In this document: piece by piece, positions 19,605 to 30,526 of the stretch
Position numbering within the stretch: position 1 is the first letter of the stretch
Layout: every line of letters starts with the position of its first letter
Source of the DNA: Candidatus Multivoradales bacterium
Lineage (GTDB): Bacteria > Acidobacteriota > Thermoanaerobaculia > Multivoradales > JAHEKO01
Assembly (NCBI GenBank): GCA_965223855.1
Contig: CBDCXM010000003.1
Location: 96,028-160,027 of the forward strand
Length of the DNA: 64,000 nt
Reading direction: 5' to 3'
The notes under the pieces: model-generated
Told to the model about the DNA's origin: nothing
The model's database searches: none
Seen by the model: only the letters and a program-made list of their open reading frames with translations
Made by a program: the position numbers and the translations under genes

Positions 19605-20993
19605 TCAGTCCATCTGCTTGCGCAACACCGTCGGAATGTCGAAGTCGTCGACGTTCGACCAGTTCGGGCCGTAGCCTCCCGGATCCTCGGGCTGACTCTT
19701 GGCGAGGAACTTGCGATAGAAGGGGATCTCCTCCTGTTCGCCTTCCGCCTCCGGCTCCTGAGCCGGCAGGTCGAGGTTGGTGACCGTGTCGTCTTCGATC
19801 CGGATGCTCCGGGCCACCCGGCGCTCGCGCTGCGGCGGCTCGACCGGTTCGGGCTCGGCCGCCGGCTCAGGTGTGGGAGGGGCAGCCTCGAACGAGGTCA
19901 GGGGCGCAGCCGCTACGGGCGGCTCCGCCTCGGCCCGCTCGAGAGCCTCCCGTGCTTCGCGAGCTTCGCGGGCGCGCTCGGCCATCGGCACGTTGTCGGC
20001 AGCGCTGTCGAAGCCGGTGGCGATGACCGTCACCTTCATCTCGTCCTCGAGCTCCTCGTCGACCACCATGCCGGCGATGATGTTGGCGCCCGCATCGACC
20101 GCGTCGGCGATCACTCGCGCCGCCTCGTCCACCTCGTGGAGCGACAGGTCGCGGCCGCCCGAGATATTGAGAAGCACGCCGCGCGCCCCCTGGACCGAAG
20201 TTTCCTCCAGCAGCGGCGACGAGATCGCCCGCTGCGCCGCCTCGAGGGCGCGGTTCTCGCCCTTGGCGATACCGGTCCCCATGAGCGCCATCCCCATGCC
20301 CGACATCACCGTCTTGACGTCGGCGAAGTCGACGTTGACCTCGCCCGGCACCGTGATCAGGTCGCTGATCCCCTGCACCGCCTGCTGCAGGACGTTGTCG
20401 GCGATCTGGAACGCCTCCGAAAGCGGCGTGCCCCGATCGACGAAGCTCAGCAGCCGCTCGTTGGGAATCGTGATCAGGGTGTCGACGCTGGCTCGCAGCT
20501 CCTCCACCCCCTTGTCGGCCAGATCCCAACGCCGGCGCCCCTCGAAGCCGAACGGCTTGGTGACGACCGCCACCGTCAGCGCTCCGACCTCGGCGGCGAG
20601 CGAAGCGATGATCGGAGCGGCACCGGTGCCGCTCCCACCGCCGAGACCGGCGGTGAGGAAGATCATGTCGCTCCCCTCGAGGAGCTCGAGGATGCGCTCG
20701 GTGTCCTCGAGCGCAGCCTTGCGGCCGATCTCGGGGTCTCCGCCGGCACCAAGCCCGCGGGTCAGCGTCGGCCCGAGCTGCAGCTTGTGCGGCGCTCTGC
20801 AGTTGCGCAGCGCCTGCACGTCGGTGTTGGCGGCGATGAACTCGATGCCGCGCATGCGCGAATCGATCATCCGGTTTACCGCGTTTCCGCCTCCGCCGCC
20901 CACGCCGATCACCTTGATCCGCGCAGGCACCATCTGCTCTTCGAGCGTGATGGGGAGACTGCTCTCGGTTTCTCTTTCGTCAAACAAAATCAT
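19605..20993 (-). CDS. ftsZ: cell division protein FtsZ
   Basis: [32 protein letters not shown]-terminal DIPTVLRKQ. Confidence 0.97.
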   Translation of the reverse strand: MILFDERETESSLPITLEEQMVPARIKVIGVGGGGGNAVNRMIDSRMRGIEFIAANTDVQALRNCRAPHKLQLGPTLTRGLGAGGDPEIGRKAALEDTERILELLEGSDMIFLTAGLGGGSGTGAAPIIASLAAEVGALTVAVVTKPFGFEGRRRWDLADKGVEELRASVDTLITIPNERLLSFVDRGTPLSEAFQIADNVLQQAVQGISDLITVPGEVNVDFADVKTVMSGMGMALMGTGIAKGENRALEAAQRAISSPLLEETSVQGARGVLLNISGGRDLSLHEVDEAARVIADAVDAGANIIAGMVVDEELEDEMKVTVIATGFDSAADNVPMAERAREAREAREALERAEAEPPVAAAPLTSFEAAPPTPEPAAEPEPVEPPQRERRVARSIRIEDDTVTNLDLPAQEPEAEGEQEEIPFYRKFLAKSQPEDPGGYGPNWSNVDDFDIPTVLRKQMD

Positions 20994-21039
20994 CTTGAAA
21001 CCTCCTCATTCGGGGTCGTGTTGCAGCCGCCACCACACC

Positions 21040-22278
21040 TCACACGAGGTCGGCGAACATGCTGCGGAGGTTGCCCACCATTTGCTTCACGCTGAAGGGC
21101 GAGCGGCGCGCGTTGCGCGCCTCCTGCGCCTCAGCGGTTCGTCCATAGAGAAGAAGCCCCGACGCGGTGCACCACGTCGGAGAACTGATCACGTCCACCA
21201 GCCCGCCCAGGCCTTGCGGCAGGCCGAATCTCACGGCGCAGTTGAAGACCTGCTCGGCGAGTTCCGGCAGCCCGTCGAGCTGCGCGCCACCGCCCGTCAG
21301 GACGATGCCGCCTCGCAGGCAGTCGGCCGCGCCGTTGCGATCGAGATCCTGTCGTACCAGCGTCAGGAGCTCCTCGGCGCGCGGTTGCATGATCGCGCAC
21401 AGCTCCCGCTTCGGCACCACCCGGGCCGGCCCTCCGGCCACCGCCGGCACCGACACACCCTCCTGGTCGCTCAGCAGCCCGTCCATGCAGCAGCCGTGCT
21501 GCACCTTGAGGCGCTCCGCTTCGGCGAAGGGGGTTCGCAGCACCATCGCCAGGTCGTTCGTGAAGTGGCTCGACCCGACCGGAACGACGGCCGAGATGAG
21601 AACCTCGCCCTCGATGTAGAGGGCGTACTCGGTCGTGCCGCTTCCGATGTCGATCAGGAGCGTCCCGAGTTCTCTTTCGTCGTGAGTCATGACGGCGTGC
21701 GCCGTGGCGAGCGGCTCGAAGACGATCTCGATCGCCTCGATGCCGGCCCGGTTGATGCAGGTCAGCACGGTGCGCGCACGGGTCTGATTGCCGGTCACGA
21801 GGTGCACAGCAGCTTCGAGGCGGCTTCCCTGCATGCCGAGCGGGTCGGCGATCCCCTCCTGCTCGTCGACGACGAACTCGCGGACGATCGCGTGCAGGAT
21901 CTCGCGGTCGGACGGCAACGCGGCGGCCTGCGCCGCCTCGAGGACCCGGTCGATGTCCTGGCGCGTGATCTCCCGGTCGCCCCGCGCCACCGACACCATT
22001 CCCTTGGAGTTGACGCTGCGAATGTCGCTGCCGGCCACACCGACGTAGGCGCCGGAGATCTCGACCCCGGCCATCACCTCCGCCTCTTCGACCGCCTGCT
22101 TGAGCGCCTCGACGGTCGCCTCGACGTTGACGATGTTTCCCTTGCGACTGCCGCGATTGGGAGCGGAGCCCTTCCCCACCACCTCGAGGCCTCCCTCGTC
22201 GGTGTGTTGGGCGATGAGGATGCCGATCTTCGACGAACCGACGTCGATCGCTGCCAGATAGGGATCTTTCTTGGGCAT
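21040..22278 (-). CDS. ftsA: cell division protein FtsA
   Basis: AIDVGSSKI, LIDIGSGTT, IVLTGGGA. Confidence 0.95.
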   Translation of the reverse strand: MPKKDPYLAAIDVGSSKIGILIAQHTDEGGLEVVGKGSAPNRGSRKGNIVNVEATVEALKQAVEEAEVMAGVEISGAYVGVAGSDIRSVNSKGMVSVARGDREITRQDIDRVLEAAQAAALPSDREILHAIVREFVVDEQEGIADPLGMQGSRLEAAVHLVTGNQTRARTVLTCINRAGIEAIEIVFEPLATAHAVMTHDERELGTLLIDIGSGTTEYALYIEGEVLISAVVPVGSSHFTNDLAMVLRTPFAEAERLKVQHGCCMDGLLSDQEGVSVPAVAGGPARVVPKRELCAIMQPRAEELLTLVRQDLDRNGAADCLRGGIVLTGGGAQLDGLPELAEQVFNCAVRFGLPQGLGGLVDVISSPTWCTASGLLLYGRTAEAQEARNARRSPFSVKQMVGNLRSMFADLV

Positions 22279-22282
22279 GGGG

Positions 22283-23086
22283 TCAGGCCTCCGGGAACTG
22301 CATGACGATTTGGCGGTGGTAGCGCAGATCCACCGCGGAGAATCCTTCGAAGCGTTCCTCGATGCGGGAGCGCAGTTCGAGAAAACGGGAAACGGCCGGC
22401 TCGAGGCGATCCGGTCGCAGCAACAGGTCGTAGGGCAGGCCGGCCACCTCGACCCGCAGGTCGGTGCCATCGACGAGCTGCGCCGTAGCGATGCCGGCGA
22501 ACATCGCCGAATCGCGCGCAGCGAGGGTCTCGATCGCGTGAATCGCGCCGGCGATCGCCGACGACCGCGCGACCGGAGCGTCGATCGTCACAAGGCCGGC
22601 GAGGACGATCTGTCCCACGCGGTCGATTCGTCTTCCCTCGCGATCGACGTAGTGGCGCCCGTCCTCGGCTCGCTGGATGGCGGCAGGGATCCGCTCGAGG
22701 ATCCGCACCACCAGGGCGTCGGGGAGCTTCTTCGACACTTCCACCCCGTCGATCCATCGGTGGTCGCCGAGGAGCCCCTCCACCTCTGCCAGCGACAGCA
22801 GCAGCAGATGGCGGCCGCGGAGCGGCTCGAGGTTCTCGGCCACCCACTCCATCGGCACCCGCTCGCCGGTGGCGATCCTCACCGTCGAGAGCTCGAAGCG
22901 CGGCGACTGGAGCGCCCACGTCGCGGCGCCCACCGGCAGGCCGACGATGATCACCGCGAGCGTCAGCGGCCGGAGGATCGAGCGGATCCAGCCGGGGCGA
23001 CGGTGGGAGGCGTCGAAGCGGCGTCGCCGGAACATCGGCGGACGCTCGGCGCCCGGCGGCGAGAGGCGCGGATCGGTGCGACTCAT
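22283..23086 (-). CDS. ftsQ: cell division protein FtsQ/DivIB
   Basis: Single TM, POTRA-like region, KKLPDALVVRILER, VDLRY; dcw position. Confidence 0.85.
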   Translation of the reverse strand: MSRTDPRLSPPGAERPPMFRRRRFDASHRRPGWIRSILRPLTLAVIIVGLPVGAATWALQSPRFELSTVRIATGERVPMEWVAENLEPLRGRHLLLLSLAEVEGLLGDHRWIDGVEVSKKLPDALVVRILERIPAAIQRAEDGRHYVDREGRRIDRVGQIVLAGLVTIDAPVARSSAIAGAIHAIETLAARDSAMFAGIATAQLVDGTDLRVEVAGLPYDLLLRPDRLEPAVSRFLELRSRIEERFEGFSAVDLRYHRQIVMQFPEA

Positions 23087-24507
23087 CCTCGACCCTCCTC
23101 AGCCGTCCGGCGCGCGTCGGCGAGCCCGCCTTCCACTGCCAGACGGTGCGCCAGTCGGTAGATGTCGCCGGCCCCCATCGTCAGCACGAGGTCACCCTCG
23201 GAAACTCCCGGGCCGAGCGCCTCCGGCAGCTCCCGCCAGTCCGGGCGCAGGTGGCAGTGACGGTGGCCGCTCTGTCGCGCCGCGTCGACCACCAGATCCG
23301 CCGAGACTCCGGGGATCGGCGTCTCACGGGAGCCGTAGATCTCGGTCACCCACGCCTCGTCGGCGGCCAGCAGGGCGCGACCGAACTCCTCCGCCAGATC
23401 GCGCGTTCGCGAGTAGAGGTGCGGCTGGAAGACGGCATGAATCCGTGCCTCGGGGTAAGCGTGGCGCGCCGCTTCGAGGGTCGCCGCCACCTCCGCAGGA
23501 TGATGCGCGTAGTCGTCCACCACCTGAGCCCCGTGCCAGGAGCCGAGTCGCTCGAAGCGACGGTGAACGCCGCCGAAGCCTGCCAGAGCGCTGCTGATGC
23601 GCTCGAAGTCGAGCCCGAGGGCCAACCCGACCGCGACCGCCGCCAGCGCGTTCTGAACGTTGTGACGTCCCGGCAGCGGCAGCGTCAGTTCGCCGAGGGT
23701 GCCGGTCTCGGCGTGCCGCACCTCGAAGCGGGTGCTGGTGCCGTCGGCCTCGATCGACGCCGCCCTCAGCGTCGCCTGCGGCGAGGTCCCGTAGGTCACC
23801 ACCCGACGATCGGAGAGCTCCGGCAAGATCTGCTGGATGTTGGCATCGTCGAGGCAGACGATCACCCGGCCGAAGAACGGCACCTTGTCGGCGAAGGTCA
23901 GGAACGCCTGCCGGATCTCGTCGAGGTCGGCGTAGGTGTCGAGGTGATCGCGGTCGATGTTGGTGACGATGGCGAGAATCGGCTGCAGCCGCAGGAAGCT
24001 GCGGTCGTACTCGTCCGCCTCCGCCACGAGGAACTCGCTGCGACCGAGCCGGGCCCCGGTGCCGGAAACCCGCAGCCGGCCGCCGACGATCACCGTTGGA
24101 TCGAATCCCGTCTCCGTGAGCAGCGCGCCGATCAGCGAGGTCGTCGTCGTCTTGCCGTGGGTGCCGGCGACCGCGATCCCGTACTTGAGCCGCATCAGCT
24201 CGCCGAGCATCTCGGCCCGGCGAACGATCGGAATGCCGAGCCGCTCTCCTTCGAGACGCTCCGGGTTGTCGCGCGGCACTGCCGAAGAGACGACGATCAG
24301 ATCCGCCCCCTCGACGTTGCCGGCATCGTGGCCGAGCGAGATTCGCACCCCCGCCTCTTCGAGACGGGCCGTCGTCTCGCTCGCCGCGAGATCGGAACCG
24401 GTGACCTCGAGATCGTAGTCGGCGAGCACCTCGGCGATGCCGCTCATACCCGCACCGCCGATGCCGACGAAGTGCACCCGCTCGAGGTTCATGTGGCGGC
24501 GGAACAT
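23083..24507 (-). CDS. murC: UDP-N-acetylmuramate--L-alanine ligase
   Basis: HFVGIGGAGMSGIA, GTHGKTTTT, EADEYDRSF, DDYAHHP, FQPHLYSRT. Confidence 0.96.
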   Translation of the reverse strand: MFRRHMNLERVHFVGIGGAGMSGIAEVLADYDLEVTGSDLAASETTARLEEAGVRISLGHDAGNVEGADLIVVSSAVPRDNPERLEGERLGIPIVRRAEMLGELMRLKYGIAVAGTHGKTTTTSLIGALLTETGFDPTVIVGGRLRVSGTGARLGRSEFLVAEADEYDRSFLRLQPILAIVTNIDRDHLDTYADLDEIRQAFLTFADKVPFFGRVIVCLDDANIQQILPELSDRRVVTYGTSPQATLRAASIEADGTSTRFEVRHAETGTLGELTLPLPGRHNVQNALAAVAVGLALGLDFERISSALAGFGGVHRRFERLGSWHGAQVVDDYAHHPAEVAATLEAARHAYPEARIHAVFQPHLYSRTRDLAEEFGRALLAADEAWVTEIYGSRETPIPGVSADLVVDAARQSGHRHCHLRPDWRELPEALGPGVSEGDLVLTMGAGDIYRLAHRLAVEGGLADARRTAEEGRG

Positions 24508-25625
24508 CAGGCGGCCTCCCCGAGACTCGAGACCAGCTCGGCGATCCGCTGTGCCGCGCCTTCGTGCGCCAGGTCGCGAGCAGCCACCGACATCCGCCGG
24601 CGCCGCTCGGAGTCCTCGAGCAAGGTGCCGAGCACCTCGGCGAGCGCCTCGGCTCCGGCGCCGCCGTCGAGTTCGCCGTCGAGGACCACCGAGGCTCCTG
24701 CTTCCTCCAGACGCCTTGCATTGTCGAGCTGGTGGCCACCGGCGATCCGCAGCGGCACCAGCACCGACGGCCTGCCGGAGGCGCACAGTTCCGCCAGGGT
24801 GATCGCGCCCGCGCGAGAGACGACGAGGTCCGCCTCCCCCATCGCCGACGCCAGATCCTCGAAGTAGCCCTGCACCCGCACCGGAATGCCGCCGAGATCG
24901 CGAGCCGCATAGTCGGCCGTCACCCCTTCCGCATGAGCGGCGCCCGCCTGGTGGACGACTTCCAACTCGCGGCCGGCAGCGGCGAGAGCTTCGATCGCAG
25001 GCGGCAGAAGGGTGTTGATCTGCGCCGCCCCCTGCGAGCCGCCGACGACCAGCAGGCGGAGCTGCGAGTCGGAGTGCGTTGGTGGAACGTGGAAGAACTC
25101 CTCCCTCACGGGCACCCCGGTCACCTCTGCGCGGCAGGCGAGCGTCTCCTCGGAACCGGGATAGGCGAGTGTCGCCAGCGACGCCCAGCGCGAGAGGAAT
25201 CGATTGGCGGCACCGGGGGCGGCGTTGGGCTCGATCAGCAGGCTCGGGATCCGTGCGATCCGCGCCCCCAGCACCGCCGGGGCGCAGACGTAGCCGCCCG
25301 TGCCGACCACGACGTCGGCACCGAGCTTGCGCAGCACCCCACGGGCCCGCAGCCCCGAGACGAGGAGTGTCACGAGCGCCCTGAGCTTGCGCACGAGGCC
25401 CTTGCCCACGAGCGGCGCCGCCGGCACCGCGACATAGGGAGTCCCCGACCGCTCGACGAGCTGCCGCTCCATCCCGCCCGGGCGGCCCATCCAGGTCACG
25501 ACCCAGCCCTCGGCAACCAGGGCTTCCGCCACGGCCAGCCCCGGGTAGACATGGCCGCCCGAGCCGCCACCCGCCAACAGCGCGTGACGGGGCGGACGTA
25601 CCTGTGGGTTCGGTTCATGATCCAT
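24507..25625 (-). CDS. murG: lipid II GlcNAc transferase MurG
   Basis: GGGSGGHVYP, GTGGYV, GGSQGA, SRAGA. Confidence 0.95.
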   Translation of the reverse strand: MDHEPNPQVRPPRHALLAGGGSGGHVYPGLAVAEALVAEGWVVTWMGRPGGMERQLVERSGTPYVAVPAAPLVGKGLVRKLRALVTLLVSGLRARGVLRKLGADVVVGTGGYVCAPAVLGARIARIPSLLIEPNAAPGAANRFLSRWASLATLAYPGSEETLACRAEVTGVPVREEFFHVPPTHSDSQLRLLVVGGSQGAAQINTLLPPAIEALAAAGRELEVVHQAGAAHAEGVTADYAARDLGGIPVRVQGYFEDLASAMGEADLVVSRAGAITLAELCASGRPSVLVPLRIAGGHQLDNARRLEEAGASVVLDGELDGGAGAEALAEVLGTLLEDSERRRRMSVAARDLAHEGAAQRIAELVSSLGEAA

Positions 25626-25631
25626 CGCTGT

Positions 25632-26714
25632 TCACGCATGCTGGGAGACGTTGAGCAGGAGTCCGAACGCCATGAGGGTGGCGACCACCGACGAACCACC
25701 CGCCGACAGGAGCGGCAGCGGCACACCGGTCGTCGGCACGACGGAGAGGGAGACACTGATGTGGAGCAGCGCCTGCAGGACAACCACCGCCGTCAGCCCC
25801 CAGGCGAGGTGGCGCCCGAAGACGTCCGGCGCCTCGAGACCGGCTCGAACCCCGCGCCACAGCACCACGGCGAAAAGACCGAGGAGAGTGAGCGCGCCGA
25901 TGAGGCCGAGCTCCTCGGCGACGATCGAGTAGATGAAGTCGGAGTGCGGATACGGCAGGAAATGGAGCTTCTGCACACTGTCGCCGAGGCCGAGCCCGAA
26001 GACCCCTCCCGAACCGACCGCGATCAGCGACTGATCGGCCTGAAAACCGGCTCCAAGGGCGTACTTCTCGGGATCGAGGAACGCGGTCACCCGCTGCCAC
26101 CGGTAGGGAGCGGCGCGGACGGCGAAGTAGCCGAGCGGGACGGCCACCGCGCCGGCAACAGCGAAATAGCGCCACGGTACGCCGGCGAGGAAGAGCATTA
26201 CCGCCCCGGCGAGAGCGACCAGCCCGGCAGTGCCGAAATCGGGCTCGACCATCACGAGACCGGCGAGCACCGCGATCGCCAGCGCAGAGGGAACGAGCAG
26301 CTCGTAGGGGCGCTGCCGCTCTTCCTGGCGCGCAATCTGGTAGGCGAGGTAGATGACCACCGCCAGCTTGGCGAGCTCCGACGGCTGAAGCGAGAACCCT
26401 CCGACGAGAATCCAGCGACGGGTGCCGTTGACCGCCGGCTGGAAGAGGGCGAAGACCAGTAGCGTCAGCACCGCGAAGAAGACCGCGTAGACGACCGGAC
26501 GCGAAGCGAGATGGCGGTAGTCGACGTGCATCGCCAGCCACATCCCGACGAGCCCCACGACCACTGCCAGGATCTGCTTGACGACGAACGGATTGCGCCC
26601 GCTCTCGTCGGCACCGACCACCGAGCTCGCCGAATAGACCATCGTCAGCCCGGTCATCAGGAGGGCGACGATGGCGACGAAGAGCACCTTGTCGAAGGCG
26701 AGCTTCTTAGCCAT
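25632..26714 (-). CDS. ftsW: SEDS peptidoglycan polymerase FtsW
   Basis: RRWI..QPSELAK, EPDFG, HSDFIYSIVAEELG, TGVPLPLLSAGGSS. Confidence 0.95.
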   Translation of the reverse strand: MAKKLAFDKVLFVAIVALLMTGLTMVYSASSVVGADESGRNPFVVKQILAVVVGLVGMWLAMHVDYRHLASRPVVYAVFFAVLTLLVFALFQPAVNGTRRWILVGGFSLQPSELAKLAVVIYLAYQIARQEERQRPYELLVPSALAIAVLAGLVMVEPDFGTAGLVALAGAVMLFLAGVPWRYFAVAGAVAVPLGYFAVRAAPYRWQRVTAFLDPEKYALGAGFQADQSLIAVGSGGVFGLGLGDSVQKLHFLPYPHSDFIYSIVAEELGLIGALTLLGLFAVVLWRGVRAGLEAPDVFGRHLAWGLTAVVVLQALLHISVSLSVVPTTGVPLPLLSAGGSSVVATLMAFGLLLNVSQHA

Positions 26715-28086
26715 CGGCCGCCTCCGACAGGTTCTCGACGAGGCGCTGGAAATGATCCCCTCGGGCGGCGAAATTGGCGTACTGGTCGAAGCTCGCACAG
26801 GCCGGCGACAGCAGCACGACGTCGCCCGCGCGTGCGCGAGCCGCGGCCGAGGCGACGGCGGCCTCCAGATCGCCGGCCATCTCCCACGGTGCCGCCTCGC
26901 CGAGCGCCGACGCCAGCTCGGACGCCGATTCGCCGATCAGGTAGAGCCTCGTCGCCTTCGCCCTTACCAACTCTTCCAGTTCGGTGACGGAAGCACCCTT
27001 GCCCCGGCCACCGAGGATCAAGTGCACGCTGCCGTCGGCGAACCCTTCCAGCGAACGGGCGGTCGCTCCGACATTGGTGCCCTTGGAGTCGTCGAACCAG
27101 CGCACCCCTGCCCGGTCGCGCACCATCTGCAGCCGGTGCGGCAGCGCGCGGAACTGTGCGAGACCGGCGCCGAGCGCTTCGACCTCGGTACCGACAGCGC
27201 GCGCCAGGAGCGCCGACGCCATCGCGTTCTCGAGGTTGTGCGGACCCGGCACCGGCACGTCGCCGACGGCGAACATCGTTCGGGGCCTCACTCCGGGCTC
27301 CACCTCGACCACCCTGTCGCCGTCGACGTAGCAGCCGTCGCCGACCGCACCGCGGCGTGAGAAGTAACGACGACGCGGTGCCAGTTCCTCTCCGGAAAAC
27401 CGCTCGACGAGAGGATCGTCCGCGTTGAGCACCGCGACGTCGGACGGTTCCTGACGAGCGAAGATGCGCGCCTTGGCACGCCCGTAGGCGTCGAGATCGC
27501 CGTGTCGATCGAGGTGGTCGGGCGACAGGTTTAGGAACGCCGCCGCCCGCGGGCGGAACGTATCGACCGACTCGAGTTGAAAGCTGGAGAGCTCGGCGAC
27601 GTAGACCTCACCCCCCTCCTCCACACAGTCGATCAGCGGTCGGCCGAAGTTTCCGCAGACCACCGCCCGGCGACCCGAAGCGTCGATCATCGCGCCGGTC
27701 ATCGCAGTGGTCGTGCTCTTGCCGTTCGAACCGGTAATCGCGAGGATCGGCGCCTCCACGAACGGGAAGGCGAGCTCGATCTCGCCGACGACCGGTAGCG
27801 AACGGCGTTTCGCCTCCAGGAGGAGGTCGCGCTCGCTCGGCACGCCTGGGCTGACGACGATCCCGTCGACATCTCCCGGCAGCTCTTCGAGTTGTGCTGC
27901 GCTCACCGCCTCGAAGCGCGGATCCTCGGCCCACTCGCCGAGCTCGAGCTGGTCGAGTGGTCGGTCGTCGACACCGAGCACGCGGACCTCCCTCCTCAGC
28001 AGGAAACGTGCGACCGCAGTGCCGCTGACGCCGAGTCCGTAGACCAGCACCCGGTTCCACTCCCCCTCTGACCAGGGCGTCTTCAT
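26707..28086 (-). CDS. murD: UDP-MurNAc-L-Ala--D-glutamate ligase
   Basis: [39 protein letters not shown]. Confidence 0.95.
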   Translation of the reverse strand: MKTPWSEGEWNRVLVYGLGVSGTAVARFLLRREVRVLGVDDRPLDQLELGEWAEDPRFEAVSAAQLEELPGDVDGIVVSPGVPSERDLLLEAKRRSLPVVGEIELAFPFVEAPILAITGSNGKSTTTAMTGAMIDASGRRAVVCGNFGRPLIDCVEEGGEVYVAELSSFQLESVDTFRPRAAAFLNLSPDHLDRHGDLDAYGRAKARIFARQEPSDVAVLNADDPLVERFSGEELAPRRRYFSRRGAVGDGCYVDGDRVVEVEPGVRPRTMFAVGDVPVPGPHNLENAMASALLARAVGTEVEALGAGLAQFRALPHRLQMVRDRAGVRWFDDSKGTNVGATARSLEGFADGSVHLILGGRGKGASVTELEELVRAKATRLYLIGESASELASALGEAAPWEMAGDLEAAVASAAARARAGDVVLLSPACASFDQYANFAARGDHFQRLVENLSEAADG

Positions 28087-29168
28087 CGCAGCTTCAGGGT
28101 CGACAGAGAGACGAGAGCGAAGACAATCGCGACGATCCAGAAGCGGACGATGATCTTCGGCTCCGACCAGCCGGCCAGTTCGAAGTGGTGGTGGAGCGGA
28201 GCCATGCGGAAGATCCGCTTGCCCCGCAGCTTGAAGGAGGCGACCTGGAGGATCACCGACAACGCTTCGACGACGAACAGGCCGCCGACGAGGACCAGCA
28301 ACACCTCCTGCTTGGCGAGCACCGCGACCATGCCGATCGCCCCTCCGAGCCCGAGCGACCCGACGTCTCCCATGATCATCTGCGCCGGGTGCGAGTTGAA
28401 CCACAGGAAGCCCATGCTCGCGCCGACGAGGGCGCCGCAGAAGATCGCCACTTCGCCGACGCCGCGGATGTAGGGGACCTGGAGGTAGTTGGCGACCACC
28501 GAGTTGCCGGCGATGTAGGTGAAGATCGCGTAGGTCGCCGCCGCGATCAGTGTGGCACCGATCGCCAGCCCATCGAGCCCGTCGGTCAGATTGACGGCGC
28601 TCGAAGAGCCGAAGAGGACGACGACCAGGAACGGGATGTAGAACAGTCCGAGGTCGAAGATCGCGCGCTTGAAGAACGGCAGCGCCACGGTCGGAGCGAA
28701 TGAGAAGGCCTCGGGCAGATTGAGCAATGCCACCCCGGCGACGACCGAGACGAGCGCCGAGAGCGCCATCTTGGTGCGCGCGCTCAGCCCCTTGTTGTGG
28801 CGTCGACGCACCTTCAGGAAGTCGTCGGCGAAGCCGATCGCCCCGAAGCCGGAGGTGACGCCGACCGCGAGCCACACGTAGGGGTTGTCGAGCCGCGCCC
28901 AGAGGAGCGTCGGCACGACCACCGCGAAGAGGATCAGGAGCCCCCCCATCGTCGGCGTCCCCGCCTTCGCCTGATGCCTCTCGGGCGCCACGTCGCGGAT
29001 GCTCTGGCCGACCGACAGCCGCTGCAGCAGGCGGATGAAGTAGGGCCCGAGCAGCAGGCTCAGCAGCAGGGCGCTCAGCACCGCTCCCGCCGTGCGAAAG
29101 GTGATGTAGCGGAAGACGTTGAAGACGGCAAAGCGGTCGGCGAGGCCGAACAGGAGGTGGTAGAGCAT
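28083..29168 (-). CDS. mraY: phospho-MurNAc-pentapeptide transferase
   Basis: [34 protein letters not shown]. Confidence 0.97.
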   Translation of the reverse strand: MLYHLLFGLADRFAVFNVFRYITFRTAGAVLSALLLSLLLGPYFIRLLQRLSVGQSIRDVAPERHQAKAGTPTMGGLLILFAVVVPTLLWARLDNPYVWLAVGVTSGFGAIGFADDFLKVRRRHNKGLSARTKMALSALVSVVAGVALLNLPEAFSFAPTVALPFFKRAIFDLGLFYIPFLVVVLFGSSSAVNLTDGLDGLAIGATLIAAATYAIFTYIAGNSVVANYLQVPYIRGVGEVAIFCGALVGASMGFLWFNSHPAQMIMGDVGSLGLGGAIGMVAVLAKQEVLLVLVGGLFVVEALSVILQVASFKLRGKRIFRMAPLHHHFELAGWSEPKIIVRFWIVAIVFALVSLSTLKLR

Positions 29169-30526
29169 CAGTCGCCCTTTCCCAGGAGCGCCTGCACGAC
29201 CGCTTCGAGACCGATCCCGCGCGAGCCCTTGACGAGCACCACGTCACCGGCTCCGGGTCGTGGCAGCTCGCGGGCGGCGGCAGCGGCATCGGCCCACCAG
29301 CCGGTCTCGGCACCGTGCTGGCCGGCAGCGGTCACCAGCTCGCCTGAGAGCTCGCCGACGCCGTAGACCCGGTCGAAGCCGCTCTCGACCGCCAGATAAC
29401 CGGCCTCGCGATGGAAGCGACTCTGCGCCTCGCCGAGCTCGAGCATGTCGCCGAGGACCGCCCAGTGACGCTCCCCCTCGATCTGAGCAGCGGCTTCGAG
29501 CGCCCGTTCGACGGCCGACGGGTTCGAGTTGTAGCTGTCGTCGATGACGATCGCGCCGCTCGACGTGGTGTGGAACTCACCACGGCCGGCTGCCGGCCGC
29601 AGGCCCCGCACCGCTTCGGCGATCTCTTCGAGGGTCACCCCGGCGACGAGCGCGGCGGCAGCGGCGGCGAGGCAGTTCTCGACGTTATGGCGCCCCAGCA
29701 GCGGCAACTCGATGCGCGCCGTCGCGCCGCGCCACACGAGCTCGAAGGCGCTGCCGGTCGGAGCGAGAGGCTGAAGGTCCCGTGCCGCCAGATCGACGTC
29801 CTGGCGATCGATCCCGTAGGTAGCGAGCGGGCCGTTGTGGCGCTCGCTGATCCACATCACTTCCGGGTCGTCGGCGTTGGCCACCATCAGGCCGTCCGGG
29901 TCGAGCCCCTCGAGCAGCTCCGCCTTGGCGCGGGCGATGGCGCGCAAGCTGCCGAACGCCTCGAGGTGAGCCGCGCGCACGTTCGTGAAGACGGCGATGT
30001 CGGGCCGGCCGAGGCGGCTGATGGCGGCGAGCTCGCCCGGGGTGGACATCCCCATCTCGGCGACCATCCAGTCCGCTTCCTCGTCGATCGCCAGGAGCGA
30101 CAGCGGGAATCCCAGCAGATTGTTGAAGTTGCCGAGCGAGCGGCCTACCGCGAAGCGTTGCTCGAGCATGGCCGCCAGCAGCTCCTTGGTCGTCGTCTTG
30201 CCGGCGGAGCCGGTGATGGCCACCAACTGCCGCGGAGCGCGGCGACGGGCCGTGCGGGTCAGCGCATGGAGCGCTCCATAGGGATCGGCGACCTCGATCT
30301 GGCGCCCTGCCCGCTCGACGGCGCCCGACACCACGGCGGCGGCGGCTCCCGCTTCGAGAGCAGCGCCGACGAACGCGTGCCCGTCGGTGTGCTCGCCGGG
30401 AAGGGCGAAGAAGAGCTCCCCTCCCTCGACCTTCCGCGAGTCGATCACGGCGCCCTCCCAGCGCCCGTCGAGACCGATCAAGCGACCTCCCATGGCCCGC
30501 GCCGCATCAGTCAGCCGTCCCTGCAC
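29168..30526 (-). CDS. murF: UDP-MurNAc-tripeptide--D-Ala-D-Ala ligase
   Basis: [35 protein letters not shown]. Confidence 0.95.
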   Translation of the reverse strand: MQGRLTDAARAMGGRLIGLDGRWEGAVIDSRKVEGGELFFALPGEHTDGHAFVGAALEAGAAAAVVSGAVERAGRQIEVADPYGALHALTRTARRRAPRQLVAITGSAGKTTTKELLAAMLEQRFAVGRSLGNFNNLLGFPLSLLAIDEEADWMVAEMGMSTPGELAAISRLGRPDIAVFTNVRAAHLEAFGSLRAIARAKAELLEGLDPDGLMVANADDPEVMWISERHNGPLATYGIDRQDVDLAARDLQPLAPTGSAFELVWRGATARIELPLLGRHNVENCLAAAAAALVAGVTLEEIAEAVRGLRPAAGRGEFHTTSSGAIVIDDSYNSNPSAVERALEAAAQIEGERHWAVLGDMLELGEAQSRFHREAGYLAVESGFDRVYGVGELSGELVTAAGQHGAETGWWADAAAAARELPRPGAGDVVLVKGSRGIGLEAVVQALLGKGD